This document shows positions 38,201 to 51,132 of a DNA stretch of 64,000 nucleotides, in pieces. Under the pieces are notes generated by a model. The model was not told where the DNA came from. It worked only from the letters and a program-made list of their open reading frames with translations, and did not search any database. Within the stretch, counting starts at the first letter, position 1; each line of letters opens with the position of its first letter. Where the stretch lies: positions 81,654,001-81,718,000 of the forward strand of contig OX638151.1 of NCBI GenBank assembly GCA_951804945.1. Direction: 5' to 3'. The translations under genes were made by a program, and so were the position numbers. The DNA is from Podarcis cretensis (taxonomy: Eukaryota).

Positions 38201-40094
38201 TCTCATTGAGGTGTTTTTTTGAAACCTGGTAATAGAGAGAGATTATATTTGTAGAATTAGTGAATCAAATGCACTTGGAGATGCTTAGCACATAGCATTA
38301 GAGTATTGCTAACAGAAGATTTTACCCTTTCATGTATTGGCAGAAAAAAGCAGACCTTTGCTCCCACACGTCCATCATCCGTATTAATTGAGCAGCTGGC
38401 TGTGTGTGTCGACAAAGGAGAGCCTGTGTTGTTGGTGGGTGAAACGGGGACAGGCAAAACATCTACTGTTCAATACCTGGCCCACATTACAGGTAAAATG
38501 TAGTATAATGCGGGGACTTTGACCAGGATTCTAGAAAAGGTTTGAGAAATGCTTCAGTGTCTTTTCTGTGTTTTATTTCTTCAAGGGCACCGTTTGAGGG
38601 TTATCAACATGAATCAGCAGAGTGATACTGCAGATCTCCTAGGGGGGTGAGTGTCTAATAATTCTGCAAATTGCTGTTGGCAACTGCATCAACAAATCAT
38701 TTTTTTTCACTCGTGACTTCAGATCTTGTATTTAGTAGAAGTGTGCATGGACCCCATTCATAAGAGTTACTGCATTCAAAAATAGAGAACCATATGGCAA
38801 AAAGAAAAGTACATAGAGCAACATGAAATGGGGTGTGGGATACCATGGATGGGGTAATGACAAGTACAAGGAAGTAGAACAAGGAAAAGGGAATGTTCAG
38901 TCTTGGGGCATTGAGAGATGTTGGAATGAGCGGTGCCATGTAGCTGTGGGATGAAATTTTTGACATTTTGTGTACCTGGAAAAAAAAGGGTAAGTTCTCT
39001 TATATGTTTCAGCCGGTCTCTAATTTTCAACATGTTCAAGTCATCTGTTTAGTAATGGTGTGCAGGGGCCACCAGATTCACCTTTTATCTGTTATCAGAT
39101 CCGCTGAGGCTGGTTTGATTTTCACCTTGTCCGATCGTACTGAGCCTGATCTTGCCACATGTCGCTGCCGGAGTTTTCAGTTAACACATTACTGTTTGCC
39201 CAATTTACAGCTATAAGCCGGTGGATAACAAACTGATTTGGTTGCCCTTGAGAGAGTCTTTTGAGGAGCTTTTTGCACAGACGTTTTCCAGGAAACAAAA
39301 CCAGACTTTCTTGGGGCACATCCAGACATGTTACAGACAGAAGCGCTGGCATGATCTTCTCAAGCTGATGCAGCATGTACACAAATCTGCCATTAATAAG
39401 GAAGCTAAAGAAAATGGTAAGACTTCCAAGTTCTTAAAATGGGTTTCTGTTTGAGGACGGGCAGGGTAGAAATCAAATAAATAAAATGAGAGATTTAAGC
39501 GGAACTTGCATTCTTAAAGTTGGGTGGACTGTGCTTCAGTGTGCATTTGGCAAGGGAGATACAATGTACCTCGGGTTACAAACACCTCGGGTTACAAACA
39601 CTTAGGGTTACAGACTCCGCTAACCCGCAAGTAGTACCTCGGGTTGAGAACTTTACCTCAGGATGAGAACAGAAATCGCGTGGCGGCGGGAGCCCCATTA
39701 GCTAAAGTGGTACCTCAGGTTAAGAACGGTTTCAGGTTAAGAACGGATCTCTGGAACGAATTAAGTTCATAACCAGAGGTACCACTGTACTAGGTGTGAT
39801 TTTTCCCTAGAATTCAAATATGGAGAGATCAGCAGTGGAGGGGGGAAAAGCAATTTTTCTGCAGTAGAAAATAGCATTTTCTGATACATGATCCAATATC
39901 ATTCCTGAAGCTTAGCGGGTGTGGATCTGATCAGTGACTTGGGTGGGAGATGCTTGGGAGTCACAGTTAAGCCTTCCTGAACTATTTAATGTTCAGATAA
40001 AAGGACAGAAAGAATTTAACATTCTCACACATCATCTTTGACTGAAGAGGTGAAGGTCTTGTTAAAGTTGTACAAACTTTATCCCAGCCTGATG

Positions 40095-40139
<45 letters not shown>

Positions 40140-43100
40140 TAAGCTTGACTGCATTTTAAAGGGGAAGGTGAAAGGGGGGAAGGTTATTGTTTTGTTTGTT
40201 ACTATGTTTCGTATTTTTGTGTTTTCATATTGTAAACTATCCTGTGGTCCTCAGTTGACAGGCAGTACAGAAATTTAATAAATAAATAAAGATAAAAATA
40301 AAATACTGCTCTGAAGTGGAAAGAGATACAGTTTAAGTAACTAGCCTTCTAAGGCTGAATCCAGATGTGCTCAATAAAAATAACAGATTTGTAAGCATTC
40401 CTTTGTTTAAACAGAGGAGGTGATTGCATATGCATTACAAATGTCTGGAGCATTACTTGACCTCAAACATTACTCAGTCCAATGAATTCCAACTCATTCA
40501 GTTCATTCATTTTAATGTCCCTGTTCTGCTAGTAAGATTTAAATTGCATAAAATCACTGGTCTAAAGGTAATTGTTGGAATAACTGGACTATTCTCTTCA
40601 GAGCGGCTTATGTTATATTCAGAGTTGTTTTGCACTATGACAAATTCTATTACGTGGTTTCATGAACTTGAATGTTTTTATCTTATCGTACGTTTGCTAT
40701 AGCTTGCCTTTTTTTTTGTTAGGCTCACCATTGAAGGAAAAGTGGGAAGAACTTGGTATCCGCTTAGATCATGCAAAACAACAGATGAAGATGACAGAAA
40801 ATGCGCTAGTTTTTGCATTTGTAGAGGTAGTCCTTTTGTGCATAAGAGCATATTTGTCCATAAGATGCATATTAAAGTTACTTTATTAAAATAAAGTTCC
40901 AGCTGCAGTTTGTTTAATGTGCTGGGAATTATAGATCTGTGAGGGGTAAATTGCAGTTCCCAGGATTCTTTGGAAGAAGCAGTGTGCATTCAAATGTGTG
41001 ATGTGGATGACACACACACACACACACAGTTTCTGGTTTTTTGCCTGTGGAGGCGGTCATTTGATTTCAGGCTAGCCAGGTTTCACTTAATGTCCTTGTG
41101 TTTACTCCCCTTAGTCTTGGCTGAAAATGAAGGTGAAATAGATTTCATCTGCAAGCTAGGAAGAATGAGTCCTCATTGAGGAAAAAAGTTAATGCTGCAA
41201 AGGGTTTGGTGCTAGGTAAAAAAAGTAGGTACAACTAGAAACACCTTGGAGGGGTTTGCAGATATTTAACTGTTATAGAGCAAAAGCAGTTAATTAAATG
41301 AGGAGTTTCCACTCCACCAACTTGCTTAAAAACAATGTAAAAGATGGAATTCTGCTTATACCACTGTGGAATTATCTGGTCCCTCTAACTATAAATGCAA
41401 TTTTCAAAACATAGTCCAACTAGAGGGCAGCTCCAGATGCCTATCAAATGCTAATTTTGAGTCTTTTTGTCTTTTTTTAAGGGCACCTTGGCACAAGCAG
41501 TGAAAAAAGGAGAATGGATTCTACTAGATGAGATCAATTTGGCAGCAGCAGAAACTTTAGAGTGTCTGAGTGGTTTACTTGAAGGATTATCTGGTTCACT
41601 GATACTGCTGGATAGAGGAGACACAGGTATTGTTTTTGTTTTTTGTTGCAGTAAGTTTTCCTGTTCTGCAGTGGTGTATTTTTTCAGTTCCTTTTTTTTT
41701 TTAATGAGAGTTTGAAATTAATGGTTTCAAGTCATCTAAGTTCATTGACCCATAGATGAGCATATAAAGATGTGACAGACCCAGAAGCAAATTATTAGTA
41801 ATGTAAATGAAATAAACTCAAGAAATTTGAGTATATAATCCACAATATAATCACCATTACGAGGAATTGCAAAAAAAAAGATTATATTATTCATAAAGGA
41901 GGTGCTGATCTCTAAATATCCAAGCCCTTTATTTCTGATGCTCATAGAGCCTAATTAATTTCTCTGCACTATATCTTGTAAACTTTTTCACACCCATGTC
42001 ACCGTCTGCACAGTCACATAAAGGCCGTGGGTCAACGTTGACCACTTTAGGAAGCCCTGTAAACTGATAGCTGAAAAACTCACATCTGAATACAGTGGTA
42101 CCTCAGGTTACATACGCTTCAGGTTACATACACTTCAGGTTACAGACTCCACTAACCCAGAAATAGTACCTCAGGTTAAGAACTTTGCTTCAGGATGAGA
42201 ACAGAAATCGTGCTCCGGCGGCACGGCAGCGGCAGGAGGCCCCATTAGCTTAAGTGGTGCTTCAGGTTAAGAACAGTTTCAGGTTAAGTACGGACCTCTG
42301 GAACGAATTAAGTACTTAACCTGAGGTACCACTGTAATACTATCTTTTCACTCTTTTGATTCCTGATAACTTAAGAGATTAGCATGTGGGAGTTTTCTCC
42401 TGAAGAAGAAAATTGCAATTCCTTGTCCATGCTGTCCCTTAGCTTGAAGAACAGCAAGTTCCAGAGGACTATGAAAAAAGACCCTTTTGTTTGCTAAGAT
42501 AGGAGATGCAGTTTTCATCTTTGCTTTTAGGGATAGCTTTCTCTGAAGTTTGAGAGTAGGTTTTCACCAGCTAGGACAACAAATTGGCTGTGTATGAGTT
42601 TTTCTGTTTGCTTCTTGAACTTCTGTTTTTAATTTTCCTTAAATGGCTGTTTCATGCTTTCTTGTTTGTATGCTACATTTGTTTTTATGGGGCCAAACAG
42701 CGCTGTAATTTGTTGGTTGTGCATTTTTTTCCTTGTAGAGCCCCTGGTACGTCATTCAAATTTTCGTTTGTTTGCCTGCATGAACCCAGCTACTGATGTT
42801 GGCAAAAGAAACCTCCCTCCAGGAATACGGAACAGGTAGATACAGAACGTACATTTTTACAAAACAATTTTAAAGCTGAGAACAACTTGTAGCTCTTGAG
42901 GTGTTTGCAGTAGCCTAGAATGTTGTACTTCTTTTGGTCTGTGTTGCATACATCTCTGATTGGCATGCAGTAGCTTAGGGATATGAGGGACCTGTGGCCA
43001 GCCAGTTTGTATTAAGACTCTTAACTCCCCATCCTCATCCCTCTATAGCTGAAGCATGCTGGTGAGCTGCTATGTTGCAAAATACCTTTTTCTGCCAATC

Positions 43101-46100
43101 TCAGGAATAATAGACGTTGCACACTCTCTTTGAAAGCTGCAGTTGTCTTCAAGTGTCCTTTATGTCATCAGGTTCAGAGTTGGATACTAGAATTATATAG
43201 TGGTCTCATGGGAAAGATAAAAGGAAAATGATCTACATTGCTCTGATGGCCATCTTCTGATTGTCAGCATTACATGTTAGCTACAAAAACAGCTGGATAA
43301 AAGGCTGGTTGGGTATATGAGTGGATTTTATGCTCACTTTGATCTTTCATAGCCCATGCAGTCCAAATTAGCTAGGCAAGCAAGAGCTGATGGTAGCTTG
43401 TCAAGTGTTCATTAAGCACTAAATTCCACAATTGCACTTTCATTTCCCCACTGAATTGCTCAAGAGGTTTTGACTTACGGACAGTGTGACATCAGTGACA
43501 AATGCATGGTGTTATCACTGCCCCTGCAGAGCTCAAAATAATTCAGCAGCAATATCATAGTAAACCCAGTATCCTAGGTTTGAGTGTATAGCAGATGAAA
43601 GGATTCCAAAATTTACCTATGATAAAAGGTCTATGTTTTTCCAGAAACAACTAATGCTCAGATAAGCCAATAGAAGTGCAATTTAAATATTTTTGCATGT
43701 TTTAATTTATTTTTAATGGTATGTTTTAACTTTTGGGGTTGTATTCAGTGTAGCGCTAAGTGGTCCTTTGTGTGAGAAGAATGACTTCTGCTTGCATGGC
43801 AGGACATCTCTCCCCCCCTTCCTCTGTGTGCCCCCTAATCTGTTCTGGGGTTTCCCCAACCTTCTAGAAAGGTTTGGGGATGGCGGGGGCAGTGCTCCAA
43901 GACCAAAGGCAGATGTTTTCCTAGGCTTGCTACCTGACTCCTTTTTAATTACAGCTCTTGGGGGTTGAACCTGGGACTTTCTGCATGCTGAATTATGTGA
44001 TTTCTAAGTAATCTGCAAGCTTTCACCGAATGGTACTCTATTAAACATAAAGGGACCCCTGACCATTAGGTCCAGTCGTACTCTATTGGTACTCTATTAC
44101 TAATCTTTAATTCAGTACATTTGTAATTGGTTGTGATGTCGACAGGCTGGGGTCTGTGATCAAATATCAGACTTTGGTATCTATAAGCAGACAGGTTTTT
44201 TACAATGTAATGTCGTCTTGTAGGTTCACTGAACTTTATGTAGAAGAGTTACAAAATGAAGGAGACTTGCAGATTCTTATCATGGATTATCTCAAAGGGC
44301 TGAATGTGAGCAAGAGCGTAGTGCAAGGGATCGTAAAGTAAGTTTTTGATGAACAGAAAGTACTGTATAAATTGTAAGATTTGATAAGAGAGTCTTTGGG
44401 AAAGTTTTGTTGTATTTAACTTGTAGCAGTGCTTTTTTCTGGGGGGGGGGATGCAGGGGTACGCATACCGCTAAACATTTTGTGAATCTAAGTTTGGCCT
44501 CATTAAGGTGCAATATTTCAATATGAGTAGGAAAATGAGAGTACTCCTAAACATTTTATAAGTGGGGGGGGAGCACTGACTTGTAGTGTGGTATTTCTTT
44601 TTTCTCTCCCCCCCCCCCCCGTAGTGTGGTATTTCTGAAACTGGGGTAGTCAACCTGTGGTCCTCAGAAGTTGCTGCACTACATCTCCTATCATCCCTGA
44701 GCTTTGGATACACAGGCTGACGGTGATGGGAATTAAGAGTTGAGATTGCGCTTTTCTGCCTTTTGAACTTCCTCTATGAGTTGCCATTTCTTTGAGCTCA
44801 TTGCAGTTCAGAACGTCAAATAATTTATTTAAATTATGCACCAGATTCCAGATGTGCATCCCACTTGCTTTCCATGTTTTTACTAAATGAGTGTGAGCTG
44901 CACTCCCTCAGTGTCATTGTCTTAGCCAATATCACTGTCAGTCAAGATATATGGGTTTTTCCCTGCTTTTCTAAGCCCCAATATTTGAATAAATTTTAAT
45001 CAGGAGCTTTGAGTATTTCAATTTTATTCTACATTAGCATAACATGGATGCCCTCTTCTCTCTGACCGTGGTTCAGAAGTTCATTGTAACTCTTAACTCC
45101 TGAAATTTCTGAGGAATTTTCATGTTTGAAGACTTTAATTTCTTTAGAAAACTATTTATTATTGGATAATGTATTGCACCACTTTATTTTTCTATGGCTG
45201 GGGTGAGATTAATATGAAGGGGAAAGCATTTATCTTTAACCACTGTTTTCAATATTTTTGATATCTTAAGTACCTAAATAAAATTATCAGTATTTTTAAT
45301 GTTGTATTTTATAAAATGCTTACAGTTTTCTTTATGAGTTTTGTTAAATAGATACATCTGAATATTTAGGGACTATCTCATAGAGGGCCTCACTCTATAT
45401 ATACTGCAACACATGAGTCCAATTTCTTTGAGTGGTGTGAGATTCCAGGGGTCCCATACATGATAAATGCAGGATCTGTGTTTCCTTTTGGAAAAATGGG
45501 GCACAGTGGAGCCTGTGTTGTTTTTATGATACATTATTTATTTACGCATATATACAACATGCAGCCTAAAAGGAGGAGAATCCAAGCATTACACCCATAC
45601 AGATGGTCCCTTGCTCTTTCATAGCTGTGCTCCACTTCTAGGCAAGAGAGCATTTTGGCTTAGCACAGACATTTAGAATTGAGCTTATTTTTTTATGGCA
45701 GTTTCCTCTAACCTAGTGCATTCCAGGTTGTTTTTACACTGCATCTCCCATCATATCTGTTGGCCAAGCTGATTGGGATTCATGGGAGTTGTAGTCTTTC
45801 ACCAGATGTTCTGGAAGACTGATATGTGATATATAGACTGAGCCTTACCTGGGTTGGTTAGCAACAATATGGAGTGAAATCTCTTTTGCACCCTTATTCA
45901 ATCCTGAAGGAGACAATATTTATTCAGGAAAAGGAACTCCGCAGCACATTGAGGTATCGAGCCCCTAGATAAATTAACTCCTGTTAATATGGTAGAAAAA
46001 TGAGCGTAATACATGAAAAATATGCTTCATATATATAACCCTTCGCTTCTGCAGCTTTTATTTGTCTGTGAGAAAGGAGTGTGAAACAAAACTGGTAGAT

Positions 46101-49100
46101 GGGACAGGCCACAGACCTCATTACAGCCTTCGTACTCTCTGCAGAGCTTTGAGATTTGCATCATCCAACCCATGCTGCAGCATACAGCGCTCTCTTTATG
46201 AGGTGACTACCTTTGTTCTCTGTTCCTAAACTTCCTTCTCTCTTCCCTTTTGTCTTTAGACAAAGAGAGAGAGAAATTATCTGGCGTTAGCAATTAAAAT
46301 CTCTTTGAAACTAGCTACTTAAAAAAACCCCTAATCTGTTTTCTTCTCAATAGGGCTTTTGCTTGGGTTTTCTCACCCAGCTTGACAGAAGTTCTTACCC
46401 TGTTGTTCAAAGGCTAATATGTCAGCATATTCTGTCTGGAAACGTGAAAAGCATCCTCAAGCAGGCAAGTAATTTCTTACTATTTGTGTGTGTGTGTGTC
46501 TGAATGGAATTGTTCTCAGATTGAGTTCTCCCCTCCTCCTCAGAATTTGTTTGGGGTATGACATAAAATACATAAAACAGAACAAAACTCAATTTGAATT
46601 CTGAGTTTAATTTTACCCACCCTGGATTAAATCAAGGGTTTCCCATTTTCACCTGGAATGTTTGCTGAATGGACTGACATCGATCAAAGCCTCCCACTTG
46701 GAGGAAGGTGAAAGACAATTGTTACTGATCTCATCTGCGCACACCCTAGCAGTACCTTTCACACTGTTTTCGAAAGCCCCCAAACCATCTGGACGGGTCT
46801 GCGGGAGAAAGTGGAAATTGACAAAATGCTCCCTCCCCACCCCCAGCCCACCCAATCCCCATAGGAGCATCCTATAATGAAATTCCACTTACTGTACAGG
46901 AATGCTGAATCCATGTAAGGTTTGGAAATACATTGGCTTAGATCTAGAGTTCATTCCTGCTGATGGAAAGGTGAGAAGGTGACTTTTTCCAGTTCCCCTT
47001 CCTTCTGCATTTGGAAATACTGTTCAGTTTGTTGGGGCCATTTCTATAATAGTGTGAAAGGTGATTTGGGGGGTACAAGATGGAGGGGAAATAATAATAA
47101 AAAAAACCTTTCATCCACTTCTGCCAGTGAGATGCTGCCTGCTGGATCAGAAACCTTCCATGAATGGAAGGAGTCCTTCTGTTCTCAGAGGGAGTCTAAC
47201 GCATTGTTTTAATATATCCCTCCTCCCAGGTGTAGACTCTGTGCTTGCTTGGTGTATTATACCATAACCAGAGCATGATAATCTTCTGCATCTCACATAT
47301 AAAGGAAATACCACATGTATTCTGGTGTTCTAAGAATGTGTTGCTTAGCTAAACAAAAAACAGAATTATTATGCGGAGAGAGCAGTTCATAACAAGCTGG
47401 CTTTGTTTCTGTAATGTCGTTCTAGTCATTACCAGAGCCTAAAGGAGGGAGAATGATTAAGGTAGAGGGATACTGGATTTCGATTGGTGACATGGAACCA
47501 ACTGTGGATGAGACTTATGTGCTTACAGCTTCAGTTAAACTTAACCTCAGAGACATCGTCAGAGTTGTATCTGCTGGGTATGTTGGACTTCAGCTGTACC
47601 TTTTTCTTTCCTTTGGAAATAGTTTAATTTTGATTGGTGAGAATAAAATAATCATTTGCTCTTTTCTTGAGAGCATACTTCCTTGAATTGTGCTACAGTG
47701 CATTTTTTTATTTAGTAATGATCTTATTTTACAGGTACTGCAAAAAGCCAAATATTAACTGAAAACAGTATTGCAAATATATAAGCAATTGACAAATGTC
47801 TCTAACTGTTGTAGAAAAGCACGAAAATATTTTCTACATCAGTAATAACAGTGGGGGGTGTCTTAAAACTGTTTCTGTTCTTGATTGCTTGTAATTGGAA
47901 TAATTTCTGGAGCATTGTTATGACTCTGGAATAAACTATGCCATACGTGTTCTTCAGTCTTTTTGAAATTATGGAATCCCGCTTTTGGAGATACCATGAT
48001 GTGAATTGTTTACGTGGCCAAATTTTGACGTATATGGGCCTAGAAATCATGACTTGAAATTCACTGAGTTGGGGCTGCTTACGTTCCACCTTGTTTTTGC
48101 ATTCTTGCTAAAGGGCAGCAAACAAGATGACAGCCTACATTTCCAAGTATATATTAGCAGTGTGAGGAATGTAAGCAGTTGTTTGTTTTGTTTTTAAGAA
48201 AACAGAATTTTGAAGTGTTTAAGACTCTTAACAAGTATGCACAATACACAAAAGTGTCTCTTTGCTCCATGGGAGCGAACGACTACAATAAATATGTAGT
48301 TTGAGTTTCAGACATTTGCTGGAGGAGGCGTATAACATGACAATTAAGAAGCACAAATACTGTTGTCGGTTGTCCCTAGCTTTGACTTGTTTATTCTGAA
48401 CTTCAGCGAACTTTCCTTTTTTTATCACACAACACAACAGGAAGCCCAAGTCTCATTTCTGGAAGTGCTCTTAATCAATATATGTCGTAAAAAGACCTTG
48501 AAGCCAATCAGGTACAGTGGTACCTCAGTTTACGAACTTAATCCGTTCCGGAAGTCCATTCTTAAACCGAAACCATTCTTTTTTTTTTTTAAATACATTT
48601 TTATTAAATTTTACACAAATATCTCCAATTAACAACTTCCAATTAACATATTTTTCTCTTTTGGACTTCCCTCAGCTTCTCTGACAATCATCCGTATTTA
48701 AGTTTATTATCTACGCATTCCCAAAATTAATATCGCCTTTTACCGTATTTTTCGCCCCATAGGACGCACTGCCCCATAAGACGCACCTAGTTTTTTGGGG
48801 GGGGAAATAAAGAAAAAAAATTTATTTCCCCCCAAGGCGCGGGGCTGGCGCGGGGGAAGCCTGAGCTTCCCCCGACCCCAGCCCCCAGAACAGGCTGCTG
48901 CCTGCTTGCCCGGCGGGACCTCCCGCCCGGCGCGCAAGGCTTGCGGACATCTGCCCGAAGCACGGGGCGTCCTCCGGAGGACGCCCCGTGCTTCGGGATG
49001 CAGGCTGCCGCCCCAAGCCTCGCGCGCCCGGCAGGTCCTGCCAGGCGCGGGAGGCTTGCGGACACCTTCCCGAAGCACGGGACGTCCTTCCCGTGCTTCG

Positions 49101-51078
49101 GGATGCAGGCTGCCACCCCAAGCCTCACGCGCCCGGCGGGACCTCCTGCCAGGCACGGGAGGCTTGCGGATAGCTTCCTGAAGCTTAGAGAGCGAGAGGG
49201 GTCGGTGCGCACTGACCCCTCTCGCTCTCCAGGCTTCAGCGAAAGCCTGCATTCGCCCCATATGACACACACACATTTCCCCTTCATTTTCGAAGGGGAA
49301 AAAGTGCGTCCTATAGGGCGAAAAATACGGTACCTTTACAGACATATTTGCATTCTTGCAATATTCCTTATTCTTTCACAAAGCTTCTTTAAAACCCACT
49401 AGCGTTGTTTGTTCATCACATACACTCTTCAAATACTCAGAAAATTTTCCCCAGTCCTCAATGAACTTGTGATCTCGTTGGTATCTTATTTTTCCAGTTA
49501 GTTTGTCCAGTTCTCCATAGTCCGTTAACTTCATTCTCCATTCCTCAAGAGTTGGTAGTTCTTCCTGCTTCCATTTTTGGGCCATTAATATTCTCGCTGC
49601 AGTAGTTGCATACTGAAAGAGTTTATGATCCTTTCTATTTATTTCGTTTCTTGTTATTCCTAAAAGAAAGGCTTCTGGTTTCTTTACAAAATTATATTTC
49701 AACATCTTCTTTAATTCGTTATATATCATCTCCCAGAACCCCCTCACTTTCTTGCATTCCCACCACATGTGAAAAAATGTTCCTTCTTTCTCTTTACGTT
49801 TCCAACACTTATTACAAGTTTTAAACATTTTTGCTAATTTAACTGGTGTAATATACCATCTGTATACCATTTTCATAACATTTTCCTTTAGGGTGGTACA
49901 TGCTGTAAACTTCAAATTATCTTTCCATACTTTAGCCCAATCTTCAAAACATATATTATAACCAAAATCTCTGGCCCAGTGAATCATTACCGACTTAACT
50001 TCCTCGTCCATCGTATACCATTCCCATAACGTTTGGTACATTTTAGAAATTATCTCACAATCATTATTCACTATTTCTGTTTGAAGTTTGGAATCTTTTT
50101 CTATATAACCCTTCTCTTTCAACTTTTTTTTAAACATATCATTTATCTCATAGTAGTGCAACCAATCAAATACATACTCTTTTACTTGTTCATATGGCTT
50201 CATTTTCCATTTCTCTCCTTCTTTGACTACCAATTCTCCATAAGTAATCCAATTCCCTCTCATATTAGTTTTCTTAACACTCATAACCTCTAGTGGGGAC
50301 AACCAGTGTGGAATTCCTGATTCCAATAAATTTTTATATCTATCCCATACTTAAATTAACGATCTTCGGAGGATATGGTTTTCAAAAGCTTTATGACTCT
50401 TCTTCTTCTCCAACCATAGATACGCGTGCCACCCAAATCTGTTATCAAATCCTTCCAAATCCAGCAATTTTGTATTCTTTTAACCAACAGAGACATGATG
50501 CTTCATAGTAAAGTTTCAAGTCTGGCAGGGCAAAGCCTCCTCTTTCTTTTGCATCTGTTAGTAGCTTATATTGAATTCTAGGCTTTTTGCCCTGCCAGAT
50601 ATATCTTGAAATCACTCTTTGCCACTCTTTAAAAATCATTGTCCCCTTAAGTATCGGAATCATCTGAAATAAAAATAACATCTTTGGGAGTACACACATC
50701 TTAATCGTTGAGATTCTGCCCCAAAAGGATAATTTCAACCTTCCCCACACCTCTAAATCTTTCTTAATTCCATTCCATACCGGTATATAATTGTTCTGAA
50801 ACAAATCAATATTTTTTGGGGTTAGCCATATTCCCAAATATTTTACTTTTTTCGCTACTTCAATACCTATTTGTTGTAAACTGAAACCATTCTTAAACCA
50901 AGGCGCGCTTTCCCTAATGAGGCCTCCTGCTGCCAGTGCCCTTCCACCGTTTGGCTTCCATTCTTAGACTGAGGTAAAGTTCACAAACTGGGACAATACT
51001 TCCAGTTTTGCAGAGTTCGTAAACCAAATAGTTTGTAAACAGGGTTGTTCTTAAACGGAGGTACCACTGTAGCTTCTT

Positions 51079-51132
<54 letters not shown>

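Larger units (their letters stand above)
48515..51069. mobile_element. Family-A-related Tc1/mariner MITE split by a LINE insertion (left part 48515-48580, right part 50877-51069)
   Basis: TIR CAGTGGTACCTC at 48515 and GAGGTACCACTG ending at 51069, both with TA flanks. The two halves join into one element in the opposite orientation to the other copies. Confidence 0.85.

Noticed and set aside
48740-49402. ORFs of 99-201 aa with internal repeats
   Set aside because: They are translations of the GC-rich tandem repeats in MITE B, with no transposase motifs.
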